The notes beneath the pieces were generated by a model. The model made no database searches. It had not been told where the DNA came from and saw only the letters and a program-made list of their open reading frames with translations. Shown piece by piece: positions 10,455 to 21,850 of a stretch of DNA of 64,000 nucleotides; position 1 is the first letter of the stretch; each line of letters begins with the position of its first letter. The position numbers and the translations under genes were made by a program. The stretch lies in the NCBI GenBank assembly GCA_047967505.1, contig CM106538.1; one strand, 5' to 3'. The DNA comes from Dipteris shenzhenensis (lineage: Eukaryota).

Positions 10455-10656
10455 TGACGTGGCAGCCAGCATGGTAGCCAAGCTGACGTGGCAGACACTT
10501 GCCAGCTGACGTGGCACTGATGAGGCACACATGTGTGATGGACATGTGGCAGGTGGCATGGCGGCCACACGTGTGAGATGACGTGGCAGATAGGCATGTG
10601 TGTGATGACATGGCATGCTTGCAGAGCTGACGTGGCAGGGTGATTGACACGTGGCA
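10455..10656 (+). repeat. TGACGTGGCA (ABRE/G-box-like) motif array in the Gypsy A leader
   Basis: Five exact TGACGTGGCA (10455, 10484, 10507, 10579, 10628), one GACACGTGGCA (10646) and decayed variants. Confidence 0.88.
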
Positions 10657-11272
10657 GCCAGTTGGCAGACCTGTGGTTAGTGTGACCTTGGTCAAGTTAA
10701 CTGCAGTCAGTTGACCCTGGTTAGAGATCTGGTCAGAGGACAGCCTAACCAGACTGTCTAATTAACTGGACTAGACTGGTCCAGTTAACCAGTTTGGTTT
10801 AGTTAGTGGCCAAGTTACAGACTAACTAGTCTGTCAATCTAACCAGACCCAGGACTAATCTAGTTAGTGTAACCAGCAGTTACTCATCCAGTTACTGTCC
10901 AAAAAAAAAAAGAGTTTTCCTGTCAGTTTTCACCTGTCAAAGGTACACTGTCAGTACTTTATCTGTCAGAAAAGCACAGAAAAAGCAGAAAAATCAGAGA
11001 TTTGCACAAGTATGCCTTTGTGCTCAGAAAAGGGTATCAGATGCATTCTCAGTGTTTTTTTTGCAGTAGCCAGGAAAGGGGCAATACAGTTGTTGATGCT
11101 TTGGCAACCTTGTGGGTTTATGCTTTGAGTTGAAAGCCCATTACTGGTACAAGTTGTGAATGCAATACACCTCTTGCTGAGGTATTTCTTCTGGGAAAGC
11201 AAAGGCTGAGTGCATCAGTTGCTTACATTGTGTGTGTGAGAGAGTTGCAATTCTCAGATTTTGGTTGCAGAA

Positions 11273-11636
11273 ATGGCTTCACAGCAGCATGCCCAATCAT
11301 CCCATGAGGGAATGGGAGAGTCTGACTAGGTACAGCAGGCAGAGGCTATACAGATAAATAAAGAGAATGCCTACAGAGAGTTGATTACGCAGTTGGGAGA
11401 GGCAACAAGCGATGCCTTGTTTCGCAGGATGGTACAACCTCTTTTTGAGGAAAAACCAGAGAAGTGGAGCAGATCAGGAAGAAGTGGTGGGCAAAAAGAG
11501 GAAAAGAGCAGGTCCTCTTCCCAAGAAGAAAAAGGCGAACCATCATCACAGTTCATCCAGTTCGTTTTCTTCTTCTAGCTCTACCTCTTCATCCTCAACA
11601 TCACCTCCTTCTTCTAGATCTTCAAAGCCAAAGAAG

Positions 11637-11667
<31 letters not shown>

Positions 11668-13223
11668 CTAGCAGGAAGGCAGAGACTAAAGAATTCAAGG
11701 ACGGTGGGAAGTCAGTACGATTTGCCACTTACAATAGCCAGTGTGGCCAAGCTGAAAAGACAATGCAGTTCATAAGGCAGTTTGATGCTGCCTTCAGCTT
11801 GGAAAATTTCAGTGAGTCCTCAAAGCTTCGTATGGTTGGTTTACACTTGACTGGTATAGCCAGTGCATGGTGGATAGCTAAAACAGCCAACTATGTAGCC
11901 CCCAGGAAATGGAAGGACTTCAAGAAAGCTTTCTATAAGCAGTTTATTCCCAAACATTTTCCGGATCATGTCCTTATTGGTTGGGAGAGCATTCATATGG
12001 AAGCACAAGATATAGTTGAGTCTTACAAACAGAAATTTTGGGACGCATACTTGCAGGTTTCGCCTTTCAAGAAAATTTCTGACAAGACTCAACTTAGGAA
12101 GTACCGGGCTGGACTCACTCCAAAGATACAGGCCCGAGTGAACACTAAAGATACTAAAGAAATATCAGATCTTATGCATTCAGCCAATGTGGCTAGTCTC
12201 GTGTACACGCAGGATCCTTCTAGTATGCCTTCTCTACAGGTAGGGATACCGGGGGATAAAAAGCCAACGACCCTCAAGTTTGAAACAAGAGAGTTTCCCA
12301 AGGCTCAGAAGAGGGGATTTCAGCCTCGGAAGCCGAGGGGAAACTAGGTACAAAAGAAAAGAGGGTAAATGCTTCAGCTGCGGCAAAGAGGGGCATGTGG
12401 CTGCCCAGTGTCCAGAATAGCCTTCAACTCCGAAGGGGAAAGAGACAGAGAAGCCACGGGGACCGCATAAGCCAATGACAAGAGGAATTCGTGACATACT
12501 GGGTTATGTTTCAAACCCAAAGGAACGAGAATTGCTGCTATCATGGGGCAAAGTCAGAGACCAGCAAGTGCTGATTTTATTTGATCCAGAGGCTACTGAT
12601 AACTTTATATTAGAGGATCTAGCCCTGAGGCTGGGAACAAAGACGGAGGAGTTGGGCAGGGCTCTGGATGCTGACTAGATGTTCTGTGGGACCTGTGCCA
12701 GTCACTCCCTTGATAGGGAAGCTCTGTCTTCATGTACATAGTTATGTGGATCGGGAAGACTTTTTCATTTCTCCACTGAAGCATCATGATGTAGTCTTGG
12801 GTATGCCTTGGTTCCATCACAAGGCAGTAAAGTTGACTCTTCATGAAAGAGTGCTGGAGTTTGTACATAGGGGCAAAGTACATCGTGTGGCTGCTAGGAA
12901 TAGAGGGGAAACTATTCCCATTGTATCAAATAGTTCTGTTGGAAAAGAAATAAAGTCTGTAGTTTCAGCTTACATGGTTTTTGTAAAAGAGAGATATATG
13001 GAAATGCATGCTGAAATAAGTGAGGCAGATTATAATAAATTTCAGTTTCTTGAAAATTTTAAAGATTGTTTCTCTGACGCTTTACCAGGGGAGCTACCCC
13101 TTGAGAGACTTGAGGATCATGGCATATAACTCATTCCTGGCAGTGAGCCACCCAATAGACCCCCATACAGAGTAAGTGTAACTCAGCGAGAGGAGATTAT
13201 GACTCAGGTGCAGGACTTGTTGT
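11273..13223 (+). pseudogene. Gypsy A gag-protease, disrupted
   Basis: Retrotransposon gag-like core (ASAWW...WKDFKKAFYKQF), CCHC knuckle and aspartic protease spread over several frames with stops; (AAG)n encodes poly-K. Confidence 0.85.
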
Positions 13224-13350
13224 CCAGGGAGATGGTCTGACTCAGTATGTTTTTCTCCTATCCTGAAAGTTTCTCTGTCATGTAGAGCATTGACATGTGC
13301 CAAGGCATAGTCTAGGACACTGTGTCCCCCGTTGGTGGAGAAAGATGTCA
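13224..13350 (-). mobile_element. LINE endonuclease C-terminal fragment
   Basis: GGHSVLDYAL...ESDHLP. Confidence 0.7.
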
Positions 13351-13364
13351 TCTTGTCAGTCCTT

Positions 13365-14940
13365 GGAAAGAGGTGTTAAAGATCATGACCTTGGTCTTGC
13401 CAAGGTTGACCTCGAAATCATGGGATAAACAAAAAGCCTGCAGTGCATCTAGGTGTCGTTGGAGTTTCTGGGTGTGGACGACAAGAGTGCCACGTCATCT
13501 GCATAAAGAAGAATCCTGATGATGATCCCGGCAAGTGAGCAACCGGTCACTCCGGAAGCCCCCATGAAAGTCTCAAGCTCATCGATGTAGAGGCCAAATA
13601 GGGTTGGTGATAAGGGACAACCCTGTTTGACCCCTATGGTACTCATGATCTCATCTGTCCAACCTGCGCCTGTCCGAACTCGGCCTGAGACTCTCTCATA
13701 AAGTGCCATGATTGCCCAGATGATCTCCTGATCAAATCCCAGTGTCTGTAGGCGTGTGATGAGACGAGCTCGAGGTACTGTGTCAAAGGCTTTGCGGAAA
13801 TCCACAAAGCAGCAATATACCCTCTCCTTATGTGATCTGGCCTCCTCAATGACACTCCTGAGTGTGAGTATGTGATCCATAGTCCCATGGTCTCGCCTGA
13901 AACCGGCCTGACCCTCTGCTCTGAGCCCTCTCATCTTTGCGAACAGGCTCACTGACACATCCAATACTGTTGCATAGATCTTGGACATCAGATGTCCAAT
14001 CATGATAGTCCTGTAGTTACTCGGGTCCATGGGATCCCCTGCCTTGTGGATGTGGGTGATGGAGTTGAGTGTCCAAGTGCGGGGGAAGCCAAGGCAAACA
14101 GCGTCATTGAATAGCTTTGCTAGGATCGGGGCTAACGTGTCGATCCCATATGCGATAAACTGAGTGCATAGCCCCTCGTGATCCTTAGCTCAGCCATTGT
14201 GCAGTTTCAATGTCGCGTCCTTGACTTCCCCTCTGGTGAACAACGTGCAAGTGGTGGGGCGAGGTGTGTGTATGAGATCTGGAGTAGGGTGGTGTGGGAC
14301 ATCATAAAGATGGCGTGCATACATGTGCCAAACTCTCGTGTCGGTGAGGGGTGATGGAGACCTACGCTCCAGGAATCTCCGCCAAAAATCCTTAGAGTTG
14401 TTGCTGTACAAGATGTTCAGCAACTCCTTCTCATTTCGACGAAGAAATGCCTGCTTCTTTCGATGTACGAGACGTCGGTACTTGCGTACCGTGTCTGGTG
14501 TGTTCGGGAGGTGACATATGGTTTCAAGTCAGAGTTGTGGGCGATAAGCCTTGCACTCCGCATCGTACCAGTTGTTGCAGGGTACAGAACCAAGAGGTGG
14601 TGGTCTAGTGGACCGTGTGGTGTGGGGAAAGATTTGGAGGGCAGCTTCGTGGAGTGTGCGACTAATCAAGGCAACACAGTCCTCTATGAGTGGTATGTGA
14701 TTGATGTAGGTTAGGAGTCTATTTAGGCGTCTAGAGTAGGCAGGGGAGAGGCTGTGATCAAAGTGTATGTCGTGGTAGGTGTCATGCTTCCTATGTGGTG
14801 TGGCTAAGCGTGGGGTGGCGATAGTGAAGAATAGGTATGTGTGATCAGCTTTTGGAGGGAGTGGTGCTACGGTGAAGTCGGTGATACATGAGGTGAAGGT
14901 AGGGGATCCCATGATGTAGTCTACTACACTAGTGCCCCCC
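13365..14940 (-). mobile_element. RTE-X-like LINE internal fragment (end of EN, linker, RT core)
   Basis: NYRTIMIGH, QAGFR, VDFRKAFDTV, GVKQGCPLSPTLF, LLYADD. Confidence 0.9.
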
Positions 14941-14944
14941 TCAT

Positions 14945-15640
14945 GTCAACCCTAGGAGGGGGGTGTCGATGTGTGAGGGTGCTGCGAGCGAGGGCATAAG
15001 TCCTGTGATAGGCATTGGTAGCTGTCGACATGTACATCCGCGGAAGTCTCCTGGTTGTGGCCTTGCGGCAAATAAGTGCCATAGTCATGCGGATGTGTCG
15101 TGCATTTGGTCAAGTAAACCTGGAGGTTTGCATGATTTGTCTCTTAGTGCACTGATGACGAGTTTGGTGTGTCTCTGGCTCTAGCTCTGGTCCTCATGGT
15201 CACCGCCTTTGTGAGCCTTCCCGATCATTGTTTGCTCGGAAAATTTGTGATCATACTTCGAGCAGCGTTTAGATATGTGCCATGATCTCCCCTACGCACT
15301 CTGAGCAACCCCTCCTTGTGCCGTATGGCCTCATGTATGAAAGCTGCCAAACACCGCTGGTCTGGGTAGGGAGCCGAAGCCATCCTTGAAGAGGTAATGG
15401 TACCAACCACTGATCTCATAGTACACCGGGCACTTGAAAGCGAAATGCTCCTCTGACTCGATCTCCTGGGAATCACACATGGTATAGATGCGGCCCTCTA
15501 TGGGTATGCCCTCCGTTACCACTCTCTATATGGAGGGGTTGTGATGAGACCCGAAACTACCCAATCGGGATCCTCATGGAGTGGGGGAGGTGGCTCCGCA
15601 TGCATCTTGGTGGGTCGATGAAGCCCTCCTCCGAAATCTG
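14945..15640 (-). mobile_element. RTE-X-like LINE 3' fragment (zinc finger and tail), decayed
   Basis: CDSQEIESEEHFAFKCPVYYEI and tail homologous to the other copies. Confidence 0.8.
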
Positions 15641-15669
15641 AAAGGGCGCGCTAGGGCCCTTGCTAAGTG

Positions 15670-17412
15670 CGATGCTAAGCTAATTCAAAAATCAAGTTTG
15701 AAAAAATTGAAAGCTCAAAATTCGAATCCAGGTGCCATGGTGGCATTTTGGTAGGGTGCAAAGATGCTAGGGATCTGCATCTATCGAGTTTCCTCTTGTT
15801 GGCGAAAGACGTGGGCAATGTCAAGAGTGACGCCTCGCCTCTGGCGGTCTCTATGAGGAGAGCGGAGATGGGCGGGACCTCGATTGTGTGTGCTCTGGTC
15901 ACGCTTCGTGGCATGCGTGGTCTCCATGTCCCTCACTTAGCAGCGTTGGGTCATCTCTCCCCGCTGATTCACATTGCCCTTATGTCATCTAGCTCTTCCT
16001 CCTCCACCCGCTATGTCTTGGAGCTAACTCAAATGCATAGTATGTTGTTGTACTCGGTCTACCTCAGCCTCCTGCATCATGGTCCCCTGCTGCTCCTCTT
16101 TGATCTGTTGCAATAGTGTCTCTTTGTGTCATCGCATCTCAATCAGATAGAGCCCAAATGCAAACTTGGTCTTGGAAGTGGATCAATCGTGGCATTGGAC
16201 AAAGCCGTGCCCCTCCTGATAAAGGTAATGGTATCATCCATGGATCTCATAGTAGGTTGGGAAAACACCTAAGGAATGCTCCTTTGCTCTCCCTACCTCA
16301 ATCCTCAGTTGATGGAACTCTATCCAGTGGCAATCCTTAGTGCATGTGAGACTCCTCTATCCTCAAGGTACTGAGGTTTGATGATGAGTCCATTCCGTGA
16401 TACTCTCAAGAAGCGGTCGTGATAGAACTGATGAGGAGCCCCCTCCCCCCCCGAAAAAAAAAAAAGTTCGAGACGTATGGAGCTATAGGAGATCCAATTG
16501 TATGATATGGTTATCTTGTCTCGATATGCTCATGCGGTGCATCCATATTATACGAATGGGAGGAAGCTGGTCCATTTGAATACCGTGACTGGCAAACCAT
16601 GTGGATACACGTGCATACCATATTGTACCGCCCCTGCTCTCTGCTAACCGTCTAGATGACTCTAGTAGCCTCAGTAGTCTGCAGTGGGGTAAGGCCCAAA
16701 CTCTGTGGAGGAAAGTCGCTGTTCGAAAATTGGCATCAATCTGGAGAGGTGTCATGGCGAAGTCTGCCTACACTATTTGATGGGGGACTGAGGGCTTACT
16801 CCGAATCATCCAAGACCCCATAATCACCTGTAGCTGCTCAAATCTCCTCAACTCTGGACATCGTGGTCGGCCTCACTAGGGTGTCGAAAAGCTAGTGCTT
16901 CGTTGGCGGATCTTGAAACGCATGAAAGCATTGCCTCTCTAGCCGGGCTAAGGCTCCTTGTCCTCATGTGAGTCGTGCCCTGGTTGAATGGGTCATTGTG
17001 AAAATTGGCCCTATGAAGACTGCTCCCTGATATGTGTAAGACTGCATTATGTCCATTGTCTCACCTTGGTAAGTGAAGCTATGATGGTGGAGTATTGCGA
17101 GTGAGGTGTTGAAGATCATAACTTTGGTCTTCCAAGGTTAATTACCAAGTCTCTCTCTCTTCAAAACACGTCTAGGGCCTCCACATGTCTCTACAGTCCC
17201 TCTATTGAAGATGGTACGAGGACTAGCAATATCTGTATCATCAAATCAGCCAACAGTGATCCCTCAATAATGGATGTGATCTCATCAATGTAGAGCCCAA
17301 AGAGAGTTGGTGAAAGGGGGCATCTCTGTTTCACCCCGATCGTGTTCTCAACCCAATCTGATAAGCCTCTTGGGGCACGAACTCTCCCTCTGACGAACTC
17401 ATATAGGTTCAT
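15670..17412 (-). mobile_element. RTE-X-like LINE, second subfamily, decayed
   Basis: GVKQRCPLSPTLFGLYIDE; MTPLQID...HRVWALPH shared with 53930-55258. Confidence 0.8.
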
Positions 17413-17989
17413 CCTCTTGATGTTGTGACTTCGTGGACTCCCTAGTCCAAATTCTTGACTTAGTGATCTCAGGGTGTGATCATGTCCTTCTTAAGCATGT
17501 CAACATGACCTAGTGATCTCCAACTAGTGACCATGGCACTTGAAGTCTGTCACCCTAGTGAACTTAAGTTTCACTACTAGCTTTGATGGCGCCCTTTGTG
17601 GTCACCTTCAAGCCATCCTAGAACTTCTCCGTTGCCACTACCATTCACTGTGCTAGTGAATATGAACTCAGAGGGGGTTATCCTGCCGTGTCTGTCTTTT
17701 GCTTTGTCTATGGCCCAAAACTGTCATCCAGCAGCCTGTGCACCATAGGAAGGTTTAGGACTACCTCTACTAGGAGGAGGAGGTTCAGGAGGTCATTACC
17801 CAAACCATAGTTTTTGGTCATGTATAAACCAATGATGGAGTATCTAGAAGAAGTTTATGACATTGTGTTTGATGGTATGGTTGGAACAATAATAAGCTCT
17901 CTGAAGAAGCTCATGATAAGAACTTGCTGATCAATCTTTTATAAAACTCATTTAGCATTTGATTTTTCAATACTTGTATTTTATTGCAG

Positions 17990-18085
17990 GCAGTGCACCA
18001 AGGAACTGACCATGCGCGTGCAGCTTTGATCTATGTAATGCTAGGTCTTTCAGGGCATATGGATGATGTTCTCACAATGTACAAG
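17990..18085 (+). CDS. Host gene exon f (AVHQGTDHARAALIYVMLGLSGHMDDVLTMYK)
   Basis: ttattgcag|GCA ... AAG|gtagag; 96 nt; follows a 13,382 bp intron. Confidence 0.9.
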
Positions 18086-18199
18086 GTAGAGTACAATATA
18101 AGTTTTAGATCTACATGAAGAATTAGATTACATGGTTTTGCAATCCTAGAGTCTGACTTTTGTTTATCCTTCTGTTTATTTAAAAACCCCAATAAGCAG

Positions 18200-18429
18200 G
18201 AGGCAAAGCACAAATTGATATTCCTTATAGAGATGCTGGAACCTTTTCTCATTCCTGCCATAACTCCGGTAAAGAATACAATTGCATTTGGTGATGTGTC
18301 AGCAGTACTTACAGAGAAGCAGGAGCATACCTGTGCTTTGGCACTTGATCTTCTCCGAACTGCTGTTAACAAACCAGGGGTTCTTCCTGCCCTCGAATCA
18401 GAATGGAGGCAGGGCCGTGTTATGCCAAG
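18200..18429 (+). CDS. Host gene exon g (EAKHKLIFLIEMLEPFL...LESEWRQGRVMP)
   Basis: gcag|GAG ... CCAAG|gttgtg; ends in phase 2. Confidence 0.9.
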
Positions 18430-18482
18430 GTTGTGTATTCAAGGGATTAGAAAGTTCATGCTATAATGAATGTGTCTTACTA

Positions 18483-18597
18483 AATTCATGTAAACGTGTT
18501 TGTCATTTAAGTGTGTCTTTTTCAACCAAATAAATCAAAAATTCATGTAAATTTGTTTGTCATTTAAGTGTGTCTTTTTCAACCAAATAAATCAAAA
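18483..18597. repeat. Tandem duplication of about 57-58 bp
   Basis: attcatgtaaa..tgtttgtcatttaagtgtgtctttttcaaccaaataaatcaaaa twice, two mismatches. Confidence 0.95.
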
Positions 18598-19123
18598 TTT
18601 CTCTAAGAAATCAAGAAGAGCAACTGCTTTAGCCATGTTACCTGACAATTGTGATACACGTATGCTGATGGCTGCAGTGGCACTCCTTCTTAGGTCTGAA
18701 TAAGAAACAAAGAGGCATGAGCTGCTGCTATTCAGTCCATTGTCTTCTAAAAAGTAGTCGCATTGGCTAATTATTGTAGATGTAAATTAAAACCTAAAAC
18801 CAGCTTTCAGGCTAAAGATTCGTCTCATTTGGTAGTCTAACATAGATGCTGCTCTGGATTTCATTTAAGTACTGTAGTTTTCTTAGTCTTACAAAGTTTG
18901 AATAATATTTTTAGATATTTCTCACCCACTTGCCCCCTAAATTTTAATCGGGTAGACAAGCTTATTTTCAAAATTACAGTTGTCCAAAGGAGTCTCAAAG
19001 TGAGTTCATACAACTCTCATAGTGTATAAAAGAATGCATTAGTGCTTTGTACGCATGTGCCAGACATAATTGCAATAACTTGTTGATATGATAGAAGCCT
19101 TGGATATTTCACAAGTACTAATA

Positions 19124-19159
<36 letters not shown>

Positions 19160-20288
19160 CACTATGCCATCATCTGGTGGTCTCACTTGTTTCCCGCATG
19201 GTGGAGGGACAAGCACAGTGGACTACCTATTGGGTCCCTCGGCCTTTACCTCGTGGATATACGACTTTATTGTGCCCCCTCCCCCACTTGGTGCTGATCA
19301 CTTGTACTTAGCCTTTTGTATCTCTACCACTATGCCAGTCACAAGGAGGGTCCCCCCCACGCCCACTCGTGTACAGGCTCACTTTGATCGTTCCCTGGAC
19401 CCCATCTATGTGAGCAACCTGGCGCAAGGGCTTCCAGCCCTACTACTTGGAGATGATGTAGACCTCGCCCACGCCTCAAACACCCTTGCCACGTTGGTCA
19501 TGGACGCAGCCATCAGGTCTTTCCCCACGACTCGATCTACACGTGCCTTACTAGGGAAGATGCCACAGAATCCTTGGTATGATGATGAGTGCAGAGAGAT
19601 GAAAGCTCACCTCACACGTGAGCAAGCCCTTGGCCACTTGACATCACTTGAGGTACAACGGATCTCACGGTGACTGACATGCCGTAAGCGACGGGCCTTC
19701 CTCACCCACAGAATGGACGAGGTGATCAGCTCATTTCGAGGGGGGGATCCCACCATTGGCTGGGGTCTTCTATCGGAGGGGAAGCTACCTATCCCCATCA
19801 CAGACCCAGATGTTTGGCACACTTATGCATGCTCTCTTTATGATGTTCCGATGCAGGCACCACCTGATATGTCCACTATGCCCAGGCCCACCACTTGCCA
19901 CTTGTTCACTGCACAGAATGTGCGGGCTGCAGTTAGCCGGCTTCATAACCAGAGAGAACAAGACCATGAGGGGCTACAAACTGAGCATTTCGATCATGGA
20001 TAGGAGGTTTTGGATCCGGTCCTAGCGTAGATGCTCAACCATGCCATGTCACGGCTTCCCACCCTCATGGAGTACCACCACCATTTTATCGATACGCAAG
20101 GCGGGTGACCCCATGGATACTGGGAACTATTGCACTTTCATGATTGGCCATACGCTGGCCAAGATCTATGGATCGATACTAGAGAGAGAGATCAACAACC
20201 ATACAGAGGCACATGGGCAGCATGCTCTAGGGCAGGCAGGTTTTCAGAGATAGCACTCCACACTAGACCACATCTTCACCCTGAGGAC
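19160..20288 (+). mobile_element. RTE-X-like LINE fragment (end of EN to start of RT), sense orientation, after a (CT)n tract
   Basis: TCFPHGGGTSTVDYLL, GADHLYL, PWYDDECR, KAGDPMDTGNY, QAGF. Confidence 0.85.
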
Positions 20289-21850
20289 TAACATCTCGTT
20301 TTTTGTCATACCATGCATGATATGGTGTCATCACATAAAGTGCTTTGATGGGACACCTATTCAAAATGTGTGTGGAGCGATAGTGATCCTTCGACAACAA
20401 AGTCCATGGTAGTGATGCTCTAAAGTGGCCTGACTGCCGTGTTGCCTCCTAGTTGCTCCGTTGCCCGTTGCTCCTCCGCCCCTCCCCCTTTCCGCATTGC
20501 CACCTCTCCTCCTCGCCACCCTTCCGCCTCGCAGCTCCTCCGCCCTTACTTCTCCTCCATCCCTCGCCGCTCCTCCGCCCCTCGCCGCTCCTTCCGCCCT
20601 CGCTCCGCCCCTCCTCTTCGCCATTTCGCGCCCCGCCTCTATCCCTTCTGCCTCCCCCGCCAGCGCGGGCCCCCCCTCGCCATTTCGCCTCCCCCTCTAT
20701 CCTTCCACTTCGCCTCTCCCGGCCTCTTCTCTGCCCATCTTCCTCCTCCCCCTGCACCTCCACCCCTTCACTCCCTCCTAAACCACCTCCTCCTAGGGAG
20801 GACAGTGTTTGGGAGGTGGTAGCCAGCATCATGGCTTGGAACATTTGGGTGGCTCGCTGCAGTCTTGTGATGGGTGAGTACCTGGTTCCACCCTCGGCTA
20901 CCCTAGTTGCTATTTGGTAGGATATCATTTACACTCTACGGTCCACCTGGGAGTGTGGGACTCCAGGCTCTAGGGCAACTATCGAGATCTTGGCCTGCAA
21001 GATTTTTCTACATCTTCACCCCGCGAGGGATTCGCAAGCTGTATAGTCCCCCCATTTGGATGTTAGCTCCAGTTCCAGAGATCCCCTAGGCAGTGAGCTG
21101 GGTTTCTCTGGAATAGGCCGGTTCTTTCTTTCAGCGTTTTCCAGGTTTTTTGCCATACTCAGCACCTTCGAGGCTGCTGTCTTGTATGAAATCTTTCAAG
21201 CATTAATAGAAGGTTCCTTTCTTTGAAAAAAAAAAAGAAAAAAAAAGTGTGGAGCACATAAGTGCTTCTATTCAAAACCTATGCGGCAGCCCTTTGCATC
21301 TCCGTTCTCCATGATTGACCTATTCTTCTGCTTAGCCACTTCATGATGGTGAGGAGTATATCCAACCATGCATTGATAAATGATGGCTTTCTCAGCCAAG
21401 AAGTTTGTTAATGCCTTGGACATATACTCCTCCCCTCGATCTGAATGTAGAGTCAGTATCCTACATTCAGATTGATTCTCCACCAAGGCAACAAAGTGCT
21501 TAAACACAATGCATACTTCTGTTTTTTGCTTGAGAGCAAACATCCAAGGAAATCTCTTGAAGACATCTATGAAAGTAGCAAAATGGAAATGACCCCCAAG
21601 AGATTTGTGTCCGCATCGGACCACAAACATCACTGTGAATGAGCTGTTATTGCTTGACAGCTTGGACTGCACCATCCTTAGAAAAGAGAATCCATGCGTA
21701 TTACCCAAAATACAGCCCTCACGAATGTGCTTAGGAGCCTTTTGCAAATGAGATAAGGCATCCATGATCTTAATTTTTTGCAATAACATAAGACTGCCAT
21801 AGCTCACATGCCCAAGTTGAGCATGCCATAACTCTACATCCTGCATGGCA
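20289..21850 (-). mobile_element. Ty1/Copia integrase fragment, interrupted by an L1-derived insert
   Basis: LWHAQLGHVSY, TFIDVF, LHSDRGEEY, YTPHH (21268-21846), continuing as NRCPIKAL..TPYHAWY at about 20290-20370. Confidence 0.85.
20379..21246 (+). mobile_element. Short poly(A)-tailed retroposon: GC-rich segment joined to an L1 ORF2 3' end
   Basis: 9-bp TSD GTGTGGAGC at 20370-20378 and 21247-21255; poly(A) at 21226-21246; MAWNIWVARC L1 C-terminal motif. Confidence 0.85.

Larger units (their letters stand above)
7388..13223 (+). mobile_element. Ty3/Gypsy element A: partial 5' LTR (7388-9895, split by a LINE), PBS, long leader, decayed gag-protease, truncated at the start of RT
   Basis: LTR end ...TTGCA at 9895 followed by TGGTATCATAGC; gag-like ORF 11412-12347; KCFSCGKEGHVAAQC knuckle; LILFDPEATDNFI and DVVLGMPWF protease; PPNRPPYRVS pre-RT motif. 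Confidence 0.8.

Noticed and set aside
10516-10560. Hammerhead ribozyme core (CTGATGAG)
   Set aside because: No downstream GAAA core or stem arrangement could be fitted
20361-20928. Pro-rich and Gly/Arg-rich ORFs on both strands
   Set aside because: Artefacts of GC-rich low-complexity sequence; only the last 40 or so codons on + are L1-derived
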